The notes under the pieces: generated by a model
Told to the model about the DNA's origin: nothing
Databases searched by the model: none
The model's input: the letters and a program-made list of their open reading frames with translations, nothing else
Part shown: positions 25,944-38,162 of the stretch, one piece after another
How the letters are laid out: every line of letters begins with the position of its first letter
Numbering within the stretch: position 1 is the stretch's first letter
DNA from: Calcarisporiella thermophila CBS 279.70
Lineage: Eukaryota; Fungi; Calcarisporiellomycota
Assembly: GCF_041956535.1 (NCBI RefSeq)
Contig: NW_027192207.1
Location: 188,810 to 252,809, forward strand
DNA: 64,000 nucleotides
Reading direction: 5' to 3'
Made by a program: the position numbers and the translations under genes

Positions 25944-28900
25944 ATGCAGGAAAGCGCGCATGGCGAGACTTGCGTGCCCATCTTTCTTCCCTTTGACAGG
26001 GACGACTATGCCCCCGACAATGCTTATACGCGTGATATACCACCGGCGGATTTAGCCGCGCCCTCTTCTCTCGCCCATCCTCCCCCTCCTCCCCCGCCCC
26101 CTCCTCCGGCATCTCGCCAAGTATCAGCGATACCACACCCCCCATCGGGCCACATGCATCGTCCCCCTCCCCCCCCGGCCTTGAATAGGGGAGTTGGACA
26201 CGCAGGCGTTATCCATCACCAACATTCTCCCCAGCCAATGCCTCAGCTCCCGCCGCCGCAACAGTTCCGAAGGCAATCTTCCCATTCCTCTTGCCACAGC
26301 AACCCATCTACTCCCCCTCTTCCGCCCCCCCAGTATCCTGCAGGTGCAGGGATTGGAAACGCGTCTCCGCACCATCGCTCACCGATGATTGGGAAATATC
26401 CACCGCCGATACCGCAGCAGCAGGCAAATATCAACGCGCCATATCCCTCCCACTATCACCCCCACCAGCAACATTCGCCCCATCTGAGCTATGCTAATCG
26501 GGCGGACAGTTATCCTCTCTTCTCCTCTCCCTCGCCGCCTATGCCTTCGCCACCAATTTCGACTGGCTCAAATGGAAGCGCTGCACATCGCGGGTCGTTG
26601 TTCAACATTCAGTATCAGCAGCCGTTGGTTCCCTGCCCGTCGCCAGAGTGTCCAGGGGAGAATTCCACGCGAGCCAAATTCTGTGGGGAGTGTGGGCGCT
26701 CCCTTCTCCAGCCTCAACCACAAGGCCCTCCGGGAGGGAGATCTCCTCTTATGCGACCCATTTCTCCATACTCTCAACAGCAGCCGCAACAGCAACTGCC
26801 CCAGTTACCCCATGGACATCCGGGCCAGCAGGCAGTGGGCTCTGAAACATCCCACGGATATCTAGGGCCGAATAGCATGCAGCCAAGTCTAAATGATACC
26901 AACCCCCGTCTACCCGGTCCTCACACGTCGTTCTATTCTCCAGATTACAGCGATGTCCAGAAACCTGGTGAAATCCAGGACCCACTAGGGCGTGGGCGAG
27001 GATGCCCTCTCCTGGCTTTTGGATTTGGCGGCAAGATGGTCACTTACTTCCCGTCTTCTTCCAATCACCAGAGCCCCTATTCGCCCTCGTTTGCAAACAG
27101 GGCCGAAAAGGTTCAGCTCAGGAGATTGAAAGACATTATCGTGTCGCCGCACCCGCCCCTTCTCTTTTTAACAAAGCCTCTGGTGACAGACGAGGGACGA
27201 AGTGCAAAGTCAAACAAGAAAGAGGTGGCACGGTTTCTGGATGAACGGATCGAACTGGAAGGGAGACAAGATAAGCGCTTACTGTGGCAAGCATTAAAGA
27301 TCATGGTCGAATCAAATGGAGTGCTCGCCGGAAGGTAGTCCATACCCTACAGTAGAATCGTCATCGACGGTTTGCATTTTACTAACCAGTCCAAATATCT
27401 CGACGTCATTAGTGAAAAATCGGAAGCCGCCATTCGAGATCTCCTTGTTCCCGCCCTCGACACCTCGCTTCCAGAGAACTTTACCGTGCCCGCCGACCAT
27501 CCCACCGATCTCCAAGCCAATGGTTCGCTGGGCGCTCCAGCTGCTGCTCCCACCACCAACCACGTCTCCACAACTACCACAGCTTCTTCCCCTGTTCGTG
27601 TCGAGACCTCGGACCTCGATATTCTCAAGCGGCACTTGCTCCGTGGCGACCGCCGAGGGGCCGTGAACTACGCAATGCAGGAGGATATGTGGCCGCATGC
27701 CATGATCATTAGTAGTTGTATGGATAAAGAGGCGTGGAAGGAGGTTGTTCTGGAGTTTACGCGCCGAGAGATGTCGGTCGGTGGACATGCGAAGCATGCC
27801 GTGAATAAACAAAGATCGTGGGAGGAGCAAGACGGATTAAGGGTACTCTATGGGCTCTTTTCCGGACTGGGTTCGCAAGCGGGTAAGGCTGCTTTAATAT
27901 TTGAGCACGGCCTTATTTTAGCAGCTAATTTTATTGTTTGATGTGGATGGGTAGTGATGGAGCTATTGCCACGGCCGCCACGCCCTCTTTTCACCTCGAA
28001 CCAGAGTGATTCCCCTGCAAGCACTCCGCCCGCATGTGAAATCAGCTCAGAGAAACTCGCCAATTGGCGCGAGATCGTGGCATTGATACTCGCGAACCAT
28101 ACCGCCAAGGACTCGATCGCTCTTACTGCCCTCGGTGATCTCCTGGCCTCGAAGGGTTTGATTCCGGAGGCACACCTGTGCTACATCTTGTCCCCACAGA
28201 CCTCGCCCCATGCCGGGCTTGGGGCCCCGGGCTCACGCTTCGTCTTGCTGGGGGGGGACCACAAGTGGGCGAAAACTTTGTCCCTGGACCAGGACGCATT
28301 TTGCATGGAGCAGATTTACGAATTTGCCCTGTGTCTCCATAATGGCGACGGCACCCTCTTTCCGCATCTACTGGCCTACAAATTGCACCATGCCTGGCGA
28401 CTTGCCGACTGGGGCTGCGTCAGCGGGGCACGCAAGTACCACGATGCGATCGCGTTCGCTCTGAAAACCTATAATAAAGGCTCCCCGTTTCTGCACCGCC
28501 GGCTCTTTGAGAGTGTGAAGGAACTAGGGGATTATCTGGAGAATGGCTCTGCAGGACTGGAGGATGCAGGGGAAGGAGACGCTGGATCTTGGCTCGGCGG
28601 GATGTTGAAGAGGCCGACGCTCGATTCGATCTGGGGGTCGATCGAGGGGAAACTTAACAAGTTTGTGAGCGGTGAGGAGACTATGCAAAAGGACTCGGCC
28701 GCGGAGACAGCTGCCGACAGCACCACCATGAGGAGACGGAGCTCAGTGGATGAGATTTCTCCGTGGTCCGCGAACTCGCCCATACCCAACACTGGAGCCA
28801 CAGATCGACGCGCGAAACGTCTGACCATGCCCGCGGGACTCTTCTCAGGTGCCATCCGAAACACTTTCATGCGAACGGCCTCCCCGACAACGACCCCCAC

Positions 28901-30455
28901 GAGCCTATCGGAGCGCACACAGAGTCCTGCATCGGCAAAATCAACCCCCCCGCTGTTACCGCAGTGCGCTTCCCCGGCCCCAAGCATGGATGGCAGCGCC
29001 GCACTCCATTCGATGCACTCCCTGCCCACTGCATATGGCCGGCTGACAACTTCGCCCAGCATGTCCCCCAACATGGCCCCTAATGGAGGGACATCCTCCT
29101 CGGTATGTTCTCCGGTGGCTGAGCCTTACTCTGTGGCGTCCAGCGTGTCAACCCCGAGCACTGAGGCGAATATGGGAGTCGCTACCATTCCAAGCCTTGA
29201 CAACGGACTGTGTGAGAAGGAAAATGGCATGGGTGCTTGTCTGGATAGTGGTAACGGCGGTAGCGAGTTGAGCTTGGACATGTCGTCCGTCGAAGTGGAC
29301 GCATTGCCTCTCGACTCGGGCGAGGAGATGGAAAGGAGGTTGGTACCGGAGCAAACGGACGACAACAGGGAAGACTATTTTTCAGGGTTCGCCGGGGTCA
29401 ACGAAAATTACGCCCAAGACAACGCCATCTCGCCACTGGTATGGGAACAACAAGGCCCTCTCGAACCACCAGAAGTGCAGGGCGCTCCAGAGCCTTTGGA
29501 CAATGCACCACCCCAGCAAGGCTCACCATGGCCCACGATCCCGGTGATCGATGTGAGCGATGAGAATGGACTCCCACAGCCGCCCTCTGTTCCTCAGCAG
29601 CCTCCTCCGGGATTCACCCCTACGATATCGGCAAAAGCAATGGGTGCAGACCAGTCACCATCCATGCTCCAAACGGTGCCTGAGGAGCGAGAGGAGGACC
29701 TATCTGAGTTCGAAGACGAGGACACGCCCTGGTGGAATCGGCCCCAGCAGCTCGGAGTTGGCTCCATGCCCACAGCGACTCGCAGTGCTGCAAATCTCGT
29801 GGAGCCGGTGCCCGCACAAAACAACTCGCTTGCGCCGACCGCCCATGACAAGCGGGCGTTCCGTCGTTCGGTCGCCGATTTCGGAGACATCGACGACCTC
29901 GGCCTCGACAACAGCGCCTTCTCGCGCTCACGCGTCAGCGCCACCGCTGAAGATTCTCAAGAGGTCTCCTCCTCCAGGACCTCGGGCGAGTTCAGCCGGC
30001 GAGATAATATCGGCGGCATCAAGGAGGGCAAGAGTGCCTGGCGGCTCCTCAACTTCTTTGGACGCCGGAAGCAGAACGATCCCGTGGTGGCGGATCTGGG
30101 CGAGGAGAATCAGTTCTATTACGACGAGGTGCAGAAGAGATGGGTCAATAAGAAGAGTGCCTCGACTGGAGATGATTCCAACCCCCCAGCCTTATCTCCT
30201 CCGCCTCCGCCACCCCCCTCTACTGCCTCCTCAACCTCAACCTCGTCCTCTAAAAGGAAACCTCGACCTTTGAGCGTGCCGGTATTCGTGGGTGGAGTAC
30301 CGCATACGGGGCCGTTTGCTCCGCCACCCACAAAAACCTCCTCGGATGATTCCTCAACCGCAAGAAGCAGCGGCAACCCGACTGGGTTCGGGGGCGGACC
30401 GACAGGCCGGCGTGGTGTAAGGTCACGCTATGTGGATGTATTTAATCAATCGTAA
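25944..30455 (+). CDS. SEC16: COPII organiser Sec16, 3 exons
   Basis: LLAFGFGGK, LLRGDRRGAV..WPHAMIISS, LRVLY, WREIVALILAN, YKLHHAWRLAD, ADLGEENQFYYD..KRWVNKK and RSRYVDV; introns ~27334-27412 and ~27883-27954. Confidence 0.92.
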
Positions 30456-31573
30456 TGCTTCGCTTCCTTCTGACTATTTGTTTTCATTGGTAAAGAATGG
30501 CTATGATTATATAAGCTTGGTATCTCCTCGTTCTTTTTATTTGTCTTTGTTCTTTATGTGATTTCTTGTCGAATCAGGTTTCTTATTTTATATCGTTTCC
30601 TATTTTTTTTTTTTTTTCTTGTATTTAATAACCCTATTCTTTCTCAACCAATATATCCCTCCTTTCTCCACTAATCACTTCCTCGCCAACTGTCAACAGC
30701 CGGTACATTCCAACATGGGCAAACGCTATTCCAACATTTTTCGATAGCTCTTGGTTTTTGGCGCAAGTTTTCTATTTTTTTTTTTAATAAAAAACTTAAG
30801 TAGTGATAATCATTCGCCTAGGGAAGGAGTTATGAGAATCAAAATAATCTCTATGAAAAAAAAAATGATTGCATGAAGTATTACTCGATGGTGACATGAA
30901 CGCCTTTATCAGCCATCAATTCATCAATTTCTTGATGTGGATATAATATAACCCGCGTAAACCAGAGTTCCCACCTACTTTATCCCAGAGAGGAACTGGA
31001 GGCCTCCCCCGCCTTTCTTCCCCCCCTCAAACTATATTAGTTATGCACTGAAACCTAAAACAGAATTGAAGCCGAAGCCGAGACCAAATCCCGTCCCTTG
31101 CCTCCAAATACTGAATAGCCATGGGGGAGATGTAAGTTTTGCAGCATGAGCTAAGCTCTCGCTCCCCTATCTAAAATTGCGGTTTAACCTTATACACGAT
31201 GATAAGCGCCGTTAGCCGGTCTGGCATCTGCTCTTGCAGCGTTTGTTTGTTTGCTCTCAACACATAGCTGGGGTTGTTCTCCAAAGAGATGCCCCGCGTC
31301 TACGCTTGTCATGTCAGTCGGTTCCGTCCTAAATTTTTCTTCTTGGGGAGAGCCTCCTATTGGGTAGGGCAGGATAACGAAAGTTATCCTTGTGATTCAC
31401 GTGCCCAAGCATAACGTGACTTCTCCTCTCTGAACCGAAAATGTCCGAGAACGCTTTGTGACAGTTTTTTTATACAACACTTGACTCCTATAACTTCCCC
31501 TCATTTCCACCGTGGTTTTTTTTTTTTTCAATTTGGAATGCTTTTGAATCTCCAGCAAAAACGAAAACCCTGA

Positions 31574-33349
31574 ATGGCCAACCTTCCTAGAGTCACTATC
31601 CTTGGTGCCAAAACCAACCCCCATTTTGCCGACATCTTCTCTTCCGATGCACTTCGATTCTACGCGACCCTCCACCGGCTATTCAACCCCACTCGAAAGC
31701 AGCTGCTTCGCCAGCGCGCTCTCCGTCAGAGCGCCATCACCCGTGGAGAGCTTCCGGATTTCTTGCCCGAGACGGCGCACATTCGTAACGACCTGCATTG
31801 GCGTGGCCCCCCTCCCGCCCCCGCCCTTAAGGACCGCCGGGTGGAGATTACTGGGCCGGTGGACCGAAAGATGGTGATCAATGCACTTAACTCGGGCGCA
31901 AAGACGTTCATGGCGGATTTTGAGGATAGCAATTCGCCCACCTGGGACAACATTGTGGAGGGGCAGGTCAACATGCGAGACGCGGTGCGTGGGACTATCA
32001 CCCATAGAGCAGAGAATGGAAAGGAGTATAGACTAAGGCAGGATGGAAAGATAGCCACGCTTATTGTCAGGTACATCAGAGTGGAATACCAAAGAAAAGA
32101 CGGAGGATATTCATGGTATAGTTCTTTTCTTGCTTAGGCCCCGCGGATGGCACCTGGAGGAGAAACATTTGCTGGTTGACGATGAGCCTGCCTCCGCTTC
32201 CATCATGGACTTTGCATTCTACTTCTTCCATAATGCAAAGGCGTCCATTGAGCGCGGATTCGGGCCATATTTCTATTTGCCTAAGCTGGAGTCGCACCTT
32301 GAGGCTAGGTAACGACACTATTATTTTTCCTTTTATCCCCTTGGAGGGAAAACTGAATCCCCCTGGGTTGCTCCTATGGCAGGCTCTGGAACGACATCTT
32401 CAACGTCTCCCAGGACATGCTTGGGATTCCACGCGGTACCATCCGAGCCACCGTGCTCATTGAAACGATCCTTGCCGCCTTTGAAATGGAAGAGATCATC
32501 TATGAGCTGCGCGAGCACTCGGCCGGACTCAACTGCGGCCGATGGGACTACATCTTTTCGGTCATCAAAAAATTCCGCGAAAACCCCACTTTTATACTCC
32601 CTGACCGAGCCGATGTCACCATGACGGTGCCCTTCATGGATGCCTATGTCCGACTCCTGATCAGGACTTGCCATCGACGCGGCGTCCATGCCATGGGGGG
32701 AATGGCTGCGCAAATTCCGATTAAAGACGATCCCAAGGCGAACGAGGCCGCGATCGCAAAGGTGAAGGGGGACAAGCTGCGCGAAGTCCTTGCGGGACAC
32801 GACGGCACTTGGGTGGCCCATCCCGCGCTGGTGCCTATAGCCACCGAAATCTTCGACACCCACATGCCACAGCCAAACCAGATCCACGTACGCCGGGAGG
32901 ACATACAGGTGACGGCGTTGGATCTCTTGAATACGAACGTGCCGGGGGCCATAACCGAATCCGGCATCCGGAATAATTTGTCGGTGGGACTAATATACAT
33001 GGAGGCGTGGTTGCGCGGCGTGGGGTGCGTGCCGATTTACCATCTGATGGAGGATGCGGCGACGGCAGAAATCTCGCGGTCACAGCTGTGGCAATGGGCG
33101 CGGCACAGCGCTCGCACCGCTGAGGGCCAGAACGTGACTTCCGACTGGTTGCTCAAGCTGCTTGACGAAGAAGTTGAAAAGCTTCGGCAACAGCTGGGCG
33201 AAGAGCGCTTCCGCGACTCGAAGTATGAGCTGGCAAAGCGCCACATGGCAACCCAGATCACCGGGGACCCGAACAACTATGCCGACTTTTTGACCACGCT
33301 TCTCTACGACGAAATCGTGGCAACGGGGCCAAACAACCCCAAGCTGTGA
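31574..33349 (+). CDS. MLS1: Malate synthase (glyoxylate cycle), C-terminal PKL (PTS1-like)
   Basis: [18 protein letters not shown]|[65 protein letters not shown]; two introns. Confidence 0.97.
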
Positions 33350-34548
33350 ATTGTAAACCTTCAAAATATAACTACCCCGTATCATACCAGTTGTCTTGTG
33401 TGCTATTTGATTGTTTATCTGTGATTTTTAACCGATCCTGTATGAATATACTGAATACTTCGAGCTATGCTTATTAAAGGGTTCACAAATAGCGTTCTCT
33501 CGGCGCTCTTCTAGACAATCCTTGATGTAGCCGCTGAGAATGCGTTACTCAGCAGGATATCTCTTCATGAAAAACGCATTCATCAGCTCGCTAGCGAACA
33601 CTATGTCGGAGGGCGGAGCAGGGCCTCGTTCTAATATAAGTTGGGTGTGAATCAAGAAAGCCTTAGATAACCAAGATGGACCAAGCACATCCCACTTCGG
33701 CCCGCGCCCCCTAAGCGGCAAAGCAACTGAGATAATATCGTCGCGAAAACCGAAAACACGGTTCCCTGGAACGACAAGAGGGGGGGGGGAGCCGTGTGCA
33801 CTAGTGTTCGAGAGCGGAGTCACGCTGCTAATGAGCTCTGTTTCGAACATTCACCGGCTATGTAGATGTTATGAAGATCCTGCACCCGAAAGGGGAGAGC
33901 TAGGACCCTTTTTGCCACCAAGTTTCCAAGCGATGCTCATCTTTGTAAGGCTGGAGCATGAATCTCGCCGGCGGGCGAGCGAAGATGAAATTGTGCTTAC
34001 ACAGCCGTCCGCTCCCGGGATTCGGAGTGCGAAATTGGCCACTCAATCGATCGGTTCTCGGGGCAAACGTGATTTCTATCTCCCGACCCACAACGGGACC
34101 CAACTCGATTTAATATAGCGGGAAACCCAGGCTGTTTAATCGCAGCTCGGCTCTAAAACAAGCAGTTTCCCTGCCGCCCTAGAGACTCTCGATTTTTTCG
34201 GTTCGTCAATCCACATGTGTAAATTGATTGAATGGCGCCGTTTTGCTTTTCGTCTTTCGTAGTTAGGCTTACTTTTCTCCCGTGGCACACGCTCCACTTC
34301 CCTCTAGGCATTCTATTTATATAGTCTAGGGGGGCCGTTTTTGTGTTTTCCCCCTTTTCCGAAGAAAGAGCCCCCTCCCTCCCCTTCCTTCGCTCTCTCC
34401 TTGTCTTTCCTCCCTGTATCTTGGTGCTGGCGGTATCCCCCCCTCCTCCCCAGAGCATTCCTTTCATGAAAGGGAGCTAAGAAGAAGCGCGGTTGTCTTC
34501 TTCTGATTTCGGGCGTTCTCGCAAGACAAGTTATACGAGAATAGAGCC

Positions 34549-34580
34549 TATACATACTTATACATATACATATATATATA
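34549..34580. repeat. TA/TACA microsatellite
   Basis: tatacatacttatacatatacatatatatata. Confidence 0.6.
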
Positions 34581-34802
34581 GTGATTGAATGTTACATAAC
34601 TATTACCTTTATTCCTCGTTTATATAATCGCAATTTGTACAAAGAGTTGCATAAAATCACCTCCTTCCCTCTCATCTTTCTTAGGAGCATTGTCTTTTTT
34701 TTTGTATTTTTTTTTATATTTTAGACCTCTTTATTTTTAATCTACATTCCCTATCTACCGTGAATATTTTATACTTATAACATATATCTGGCCTAGTGCA
34801 AC

Positions 34803-36794
34803 ATGTCCTCAAAACTCCAAGCGATGTCGTTAACCCCCTACGCCACCATGGTGCCCGAGAATGCACGAATGGAGCATTGCGAACAGCTGCGATATTTCCT
34901 CGCCACCGCGCCGACCAACATGGGCTCCAACCCGATCAAGTGGCACATCCTCCCAACCGGGACACAGGTTGCCTGTGTGCTGTGGCACAATCTCTTTCAC
35001 ATCACCTCGACGGATATCCTACGCTGCTTGGCATTTCGCCTCGAGGCATATGGGCGCTCGATTGTGGATCGGTCGCGGTTTGAATCGGAGGTCTTCGCCT
35101 CGTTGGCCTCCCTCCGCCCGGGTCCCGACGCGGTCCTGGAGGACCACAACTCCGAGTTTCTCCTCTTCCTCCGACGCGAAGGCTGCGTGCGAACGGTGAG
35201 GCGGCAGAAGGTGTACTACTGGTTTTCGGTGCCTCACGACCGGCTTTTCATCGAGGCTCTGGAACGCGACATGGAGAAGGAGCGCCAGGGCATCCCCACG
35301 GTGACGGTGGCCATCGCAGAGCCCGCCATCTCGCTGACCCCCGAGACCCTCGCGGATCTGCGCAAGTCTCTGGGCGAGGACAAGATTGCATCGAGTATCG
35401 CCGCCGAGAACGTCGAGATCCATGTGAATAGCTTCGAGACGGGGCTGGACAACTTCAATGACGCGTTCGACGAGTCCGGCTACCATTTTAGCAAAACGCT
35501 GTCGGGCGAGAGCCACTATGATCCGCTAAAGGAGGAAGGCAAGATGGCGGTAGAGGACGCGATGGGAGTCTCCAGCGGAGGTAAGGAGAAGAGGGACGAT
35601 TTCGCAGCGATGCCCGAAGATCACCCGTTTTCTCAGGCGACCTCTGCTTGGCCCGATTCGCACCCCGAAATGGAGGAATTCTCCCACGCCGACGAGGACT
35701 CCCAGCACCCTAAAGAGGCTCCCCTGGTAGCTTCCGACTTAGGGTCGCGGGTATGGGCCCGCTGGGATAAGGTCGCGTCCCTCGAGAACTATTACCAGAA
35801 GATGCCGGAAAACTTGTTCGGGCAGCGCTCTTGGTCCCTAGATCCTCAGCCTTGGCTCCTCCCGATGGACTACAACCAGGGAGAGCTTCATGAGACAGGC
35901 ACGCAAGAAGAAGCAAGCTCAATACCCGACGAACTTCGCCACGGTTCCCCATGCTCGTCGTCTTCGAGCTCCACTGCAGCCGCCGCGGGTGGCGTGTTTA
36001 GCGCCCCCCACCTTCTGCTTTCACGGCAGGGAGGAAGACGTCGAGCCCATACCATTTCGGAGCCCCCCAGCAATCTGGAGCAGCGGCGTCCGAACCAATC
36101 ACCAAAACGTACCCCATCCCCATCGACTTCTTCGCCGGCCACCTCTGCCTCGACGCCGTCGGTTCCCGAGAAGAGCACCAACTCTGCCTCGAGCTCGAAT
36201 CCTAATGGTTCGAATGAGGAGGGTTCGAAGCAAAACAACGAGGAGGAATTCTCGGAACCGCGGCCGTTCATCTGCCCTTTTCCCGGGTGTCAGCGCCCAT
36301 TTAAGCGCCTCCAGCACTGGAAGCGGCACATCCGGAGCTCACACTCCAACATCCGCCCCTACGAATGCCCCCTCTGTGGCAAAGCTTTCACGCGGTCCGA
36401 CAGTCTCACGGTCCACAAGCGCACCCATGTCCGGCAAATGGAGCGGCAGCAACAACAGCTCCAGCAACAGCAGTTGCGTCAACAAGCGGCGGCCGCGGCC
36501 GCGGCAGCAGCCGCCGCAGCCGCCGCAGCCGCTACAGGAGAGCATCAGATTGTCCCTGGGCACTATTCGATGCACGGAAGGCGCAGATCGATGAGCATGA
36601 GCCCGTCGTTGGATGGATTGATGATGAACCCGCAGCAGCCAATAATGGCCACGGGCGTCCCTGTGAGGCCGCCAGGTCGCGGGCGTGGACGCGGGAGATC
36701 CTCCACGGAGGAGCTCATCTGGCAGCGGCCGGCCCAGCCACAGCAGACGTATTCATTTCCAGCAGAGGATGGCACCTGGTCGTGGGGGATGTAA
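34803..36794 (+). CDS. Ste12/SteA-like transcription factor (STE domain + 2 C2H2 fingers), intronless
   Basis: LRYFLATAP, VACVLWHNLFHITSTDI, RQKVYYWFSVPHDRLF..ALERD; fingers CPFPGC..H..H and CPLC..H..H; polyQ/polyA tract. Confidence 0.9.
   Translation: MSSKLQAMSLTPYATMVPENARMEHCEQLRYFLATAPTNMGSNPIKWHILPTGTQVACVLWHNLFHITSTDILRCLAFRLEAYGRSIVDRSRFESEVFASLASLRPGPDAVLEDHNSEFLLFLRREGCVRTVRRQKVYYWFSVPHDRLFIEALERDMEKERQGIPTVTVAIAEPAISLTPETLADLRKSLGEDKIASSIAAENVEIHVNSFETGLDNFNDAFDESGYHFSKTLSGESHYDPLKEEGKMAVEDAMGVSSGGKEKRDDFAAMPEDHPFSQATSAWPDSHPEMEEFSHADEDSQHPKEAPLVASDLGSRVWARWDKVASLENYYQKMPENLFGQRSWSLDPQPWLLPMDYNQGELHETGTQEEASSIPDELRHGSPCSSSSSSTAAAAGGVFSAPHLLLSRQGGRRRAHTISEPPSNLEQRRPNQSPKRTPSPSTSSPATSASTPSVPEKSTNSASSSNPNGSNEEGSKQNNEEEFSEPRPFICPFPGCQRPFKRLQHWKRHIRSSHSNIRPYECPLCGKAFTRSDSLTVHKRTHVRQMERQQQQLQQQQLRQQAAAAAAAAAAAAAAAATGEHQIVPGHYSMHGRRRSMSMSPSLDGLMMNPQQPIMATGVPVRPPGRGRGRGRSSTEELIWQRPAQPQQTYSFPAEDGTWSWGM
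36447..36533 (+). repeat. Coding CAG/GCN triplet tract (polyQ then polyA)
   Basis: QQQQLQQQQLRQQ followed by a long Ala run. Confidence 0.85.
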
Positions 36795-37270
36795 CGAATA
36801 GACGCATTTTGATTTTGATGACATTGTTTGTTTTTTTGGCATTCCTTGTGTATTCGCATATACATTCAGTTTTCGAAGTTGATTGTGTTGTTTGTTCATT
36901 TCAACTTTTTTTATTTTTGTCGGCATTGCATTCGCAAATATGAATCTATCTTGCATTTTAGTTTAGCTTGTTTCATCTCTGGCAATAATACAACATTTTT
37001 AAAGGTTCTTGGTGAGAAAATCTGCCTGCTTCGAGAGCTAGCATCATCATGCCGAGTGGGGAACCTCCATGGGAAAGAGCAAGAGCAAAGGCAAAAAAAA
37101 AAACCGTTATTATTTTTGTTGAATGTACAATACAAGCATATTGAAGAACAAATGTGGGAGTCGCATCCTTCTGCGCCGGTCGATATTGAGCAGTCTACCC
37201 CAAAGATGAAAATCACAGAAGCAAAGAGGAAAAAATAAGAGAACAAAAGTATCACGCACAACGGATATCA

Positions 37271-37639
37271 CTACGACCTAGAGCGCACACGTTCGAGGGC
37301 TATAGGTAGTTTTCACCGCAACACATTGTTAGATTATGCTCAGGATCTACCCCCCAAAAAAGGGGGAAAAGAAATACTTACGATTATAATGCAACAGCTT
37401 CTCAATCAGATCCACATGAGTCAAGACCATTCGGCGGCAGCAATATCTTTTTAATCCGAGAGCATCAAGGGCCTCGCTATTAGATTTCGGTAGAATTAGA
37501 GGAATGCAATCAAACGGGAAATATAAGATCAAGCAGCTAATTACCCTTCACTGTAATCGGCCTGTAATAAACTGAGATACGAATCCCATTTATTGCCAAT
37601 CACTTTCCCGCAGGTAAAACAGCGCACGGGGATGATCAT
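37271..37639 (-). CDS. RPB10: RNA polymerases I/II/III shared subunit RPB10, 3 exons
   Basis: [18 protein letters not shown]..|[31 protein letters not shown]|PLER. Confidence 0.97.
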
Positions 37640-38162
37640 ATTTACTCTTTTTGATTAATACGGAAGAGTGGTAGAGAAAACACTGTGACTTTTTACTGGA
37701 GATTGCGAGAATTAGTCTTTCGTCCTGCACAAGCCACAAAAATAAACTGGGAAATCTAGTAGAATGTGTGACAGGGGTTTTTAGTTGGAGAGAAAGATTT
37801 AACTCCTTATTAATTTATTACAATCTCAAATGTACGTATATATATCCAATAAATGATGACGTAGCTACGTAGACAGAGATTAAGAAGATCTGAAAGTAAC
37901 ATATGTAACAGAATGGAACAAAATTCAAAGCCACATTTTGTGCATTTTCTTGTTTTATAACAAAGTAATATGATAATGGTTAAAATATAAATGGTAGAAA
38001 AACTGGAAACAGATTTAATGAAGATAAAAATTATAACTATAAATCGATTATGATGACTAGTTTGAATATAAAAATTAAAAAAATGTTAAAATCATTCTGG
38101 TGATTTTTTTCTTATTTGGAAGTATAATGCCAATTTTTCTGATTAAATCAGAAAAATAGGTA

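Noticed and set aside
33341-33430. Stop-codon readthrough or cryptic PTS1 in malate synthase
   Set aside because: The protein already ends in PKL, and the readthrough extension gives no PTS1.
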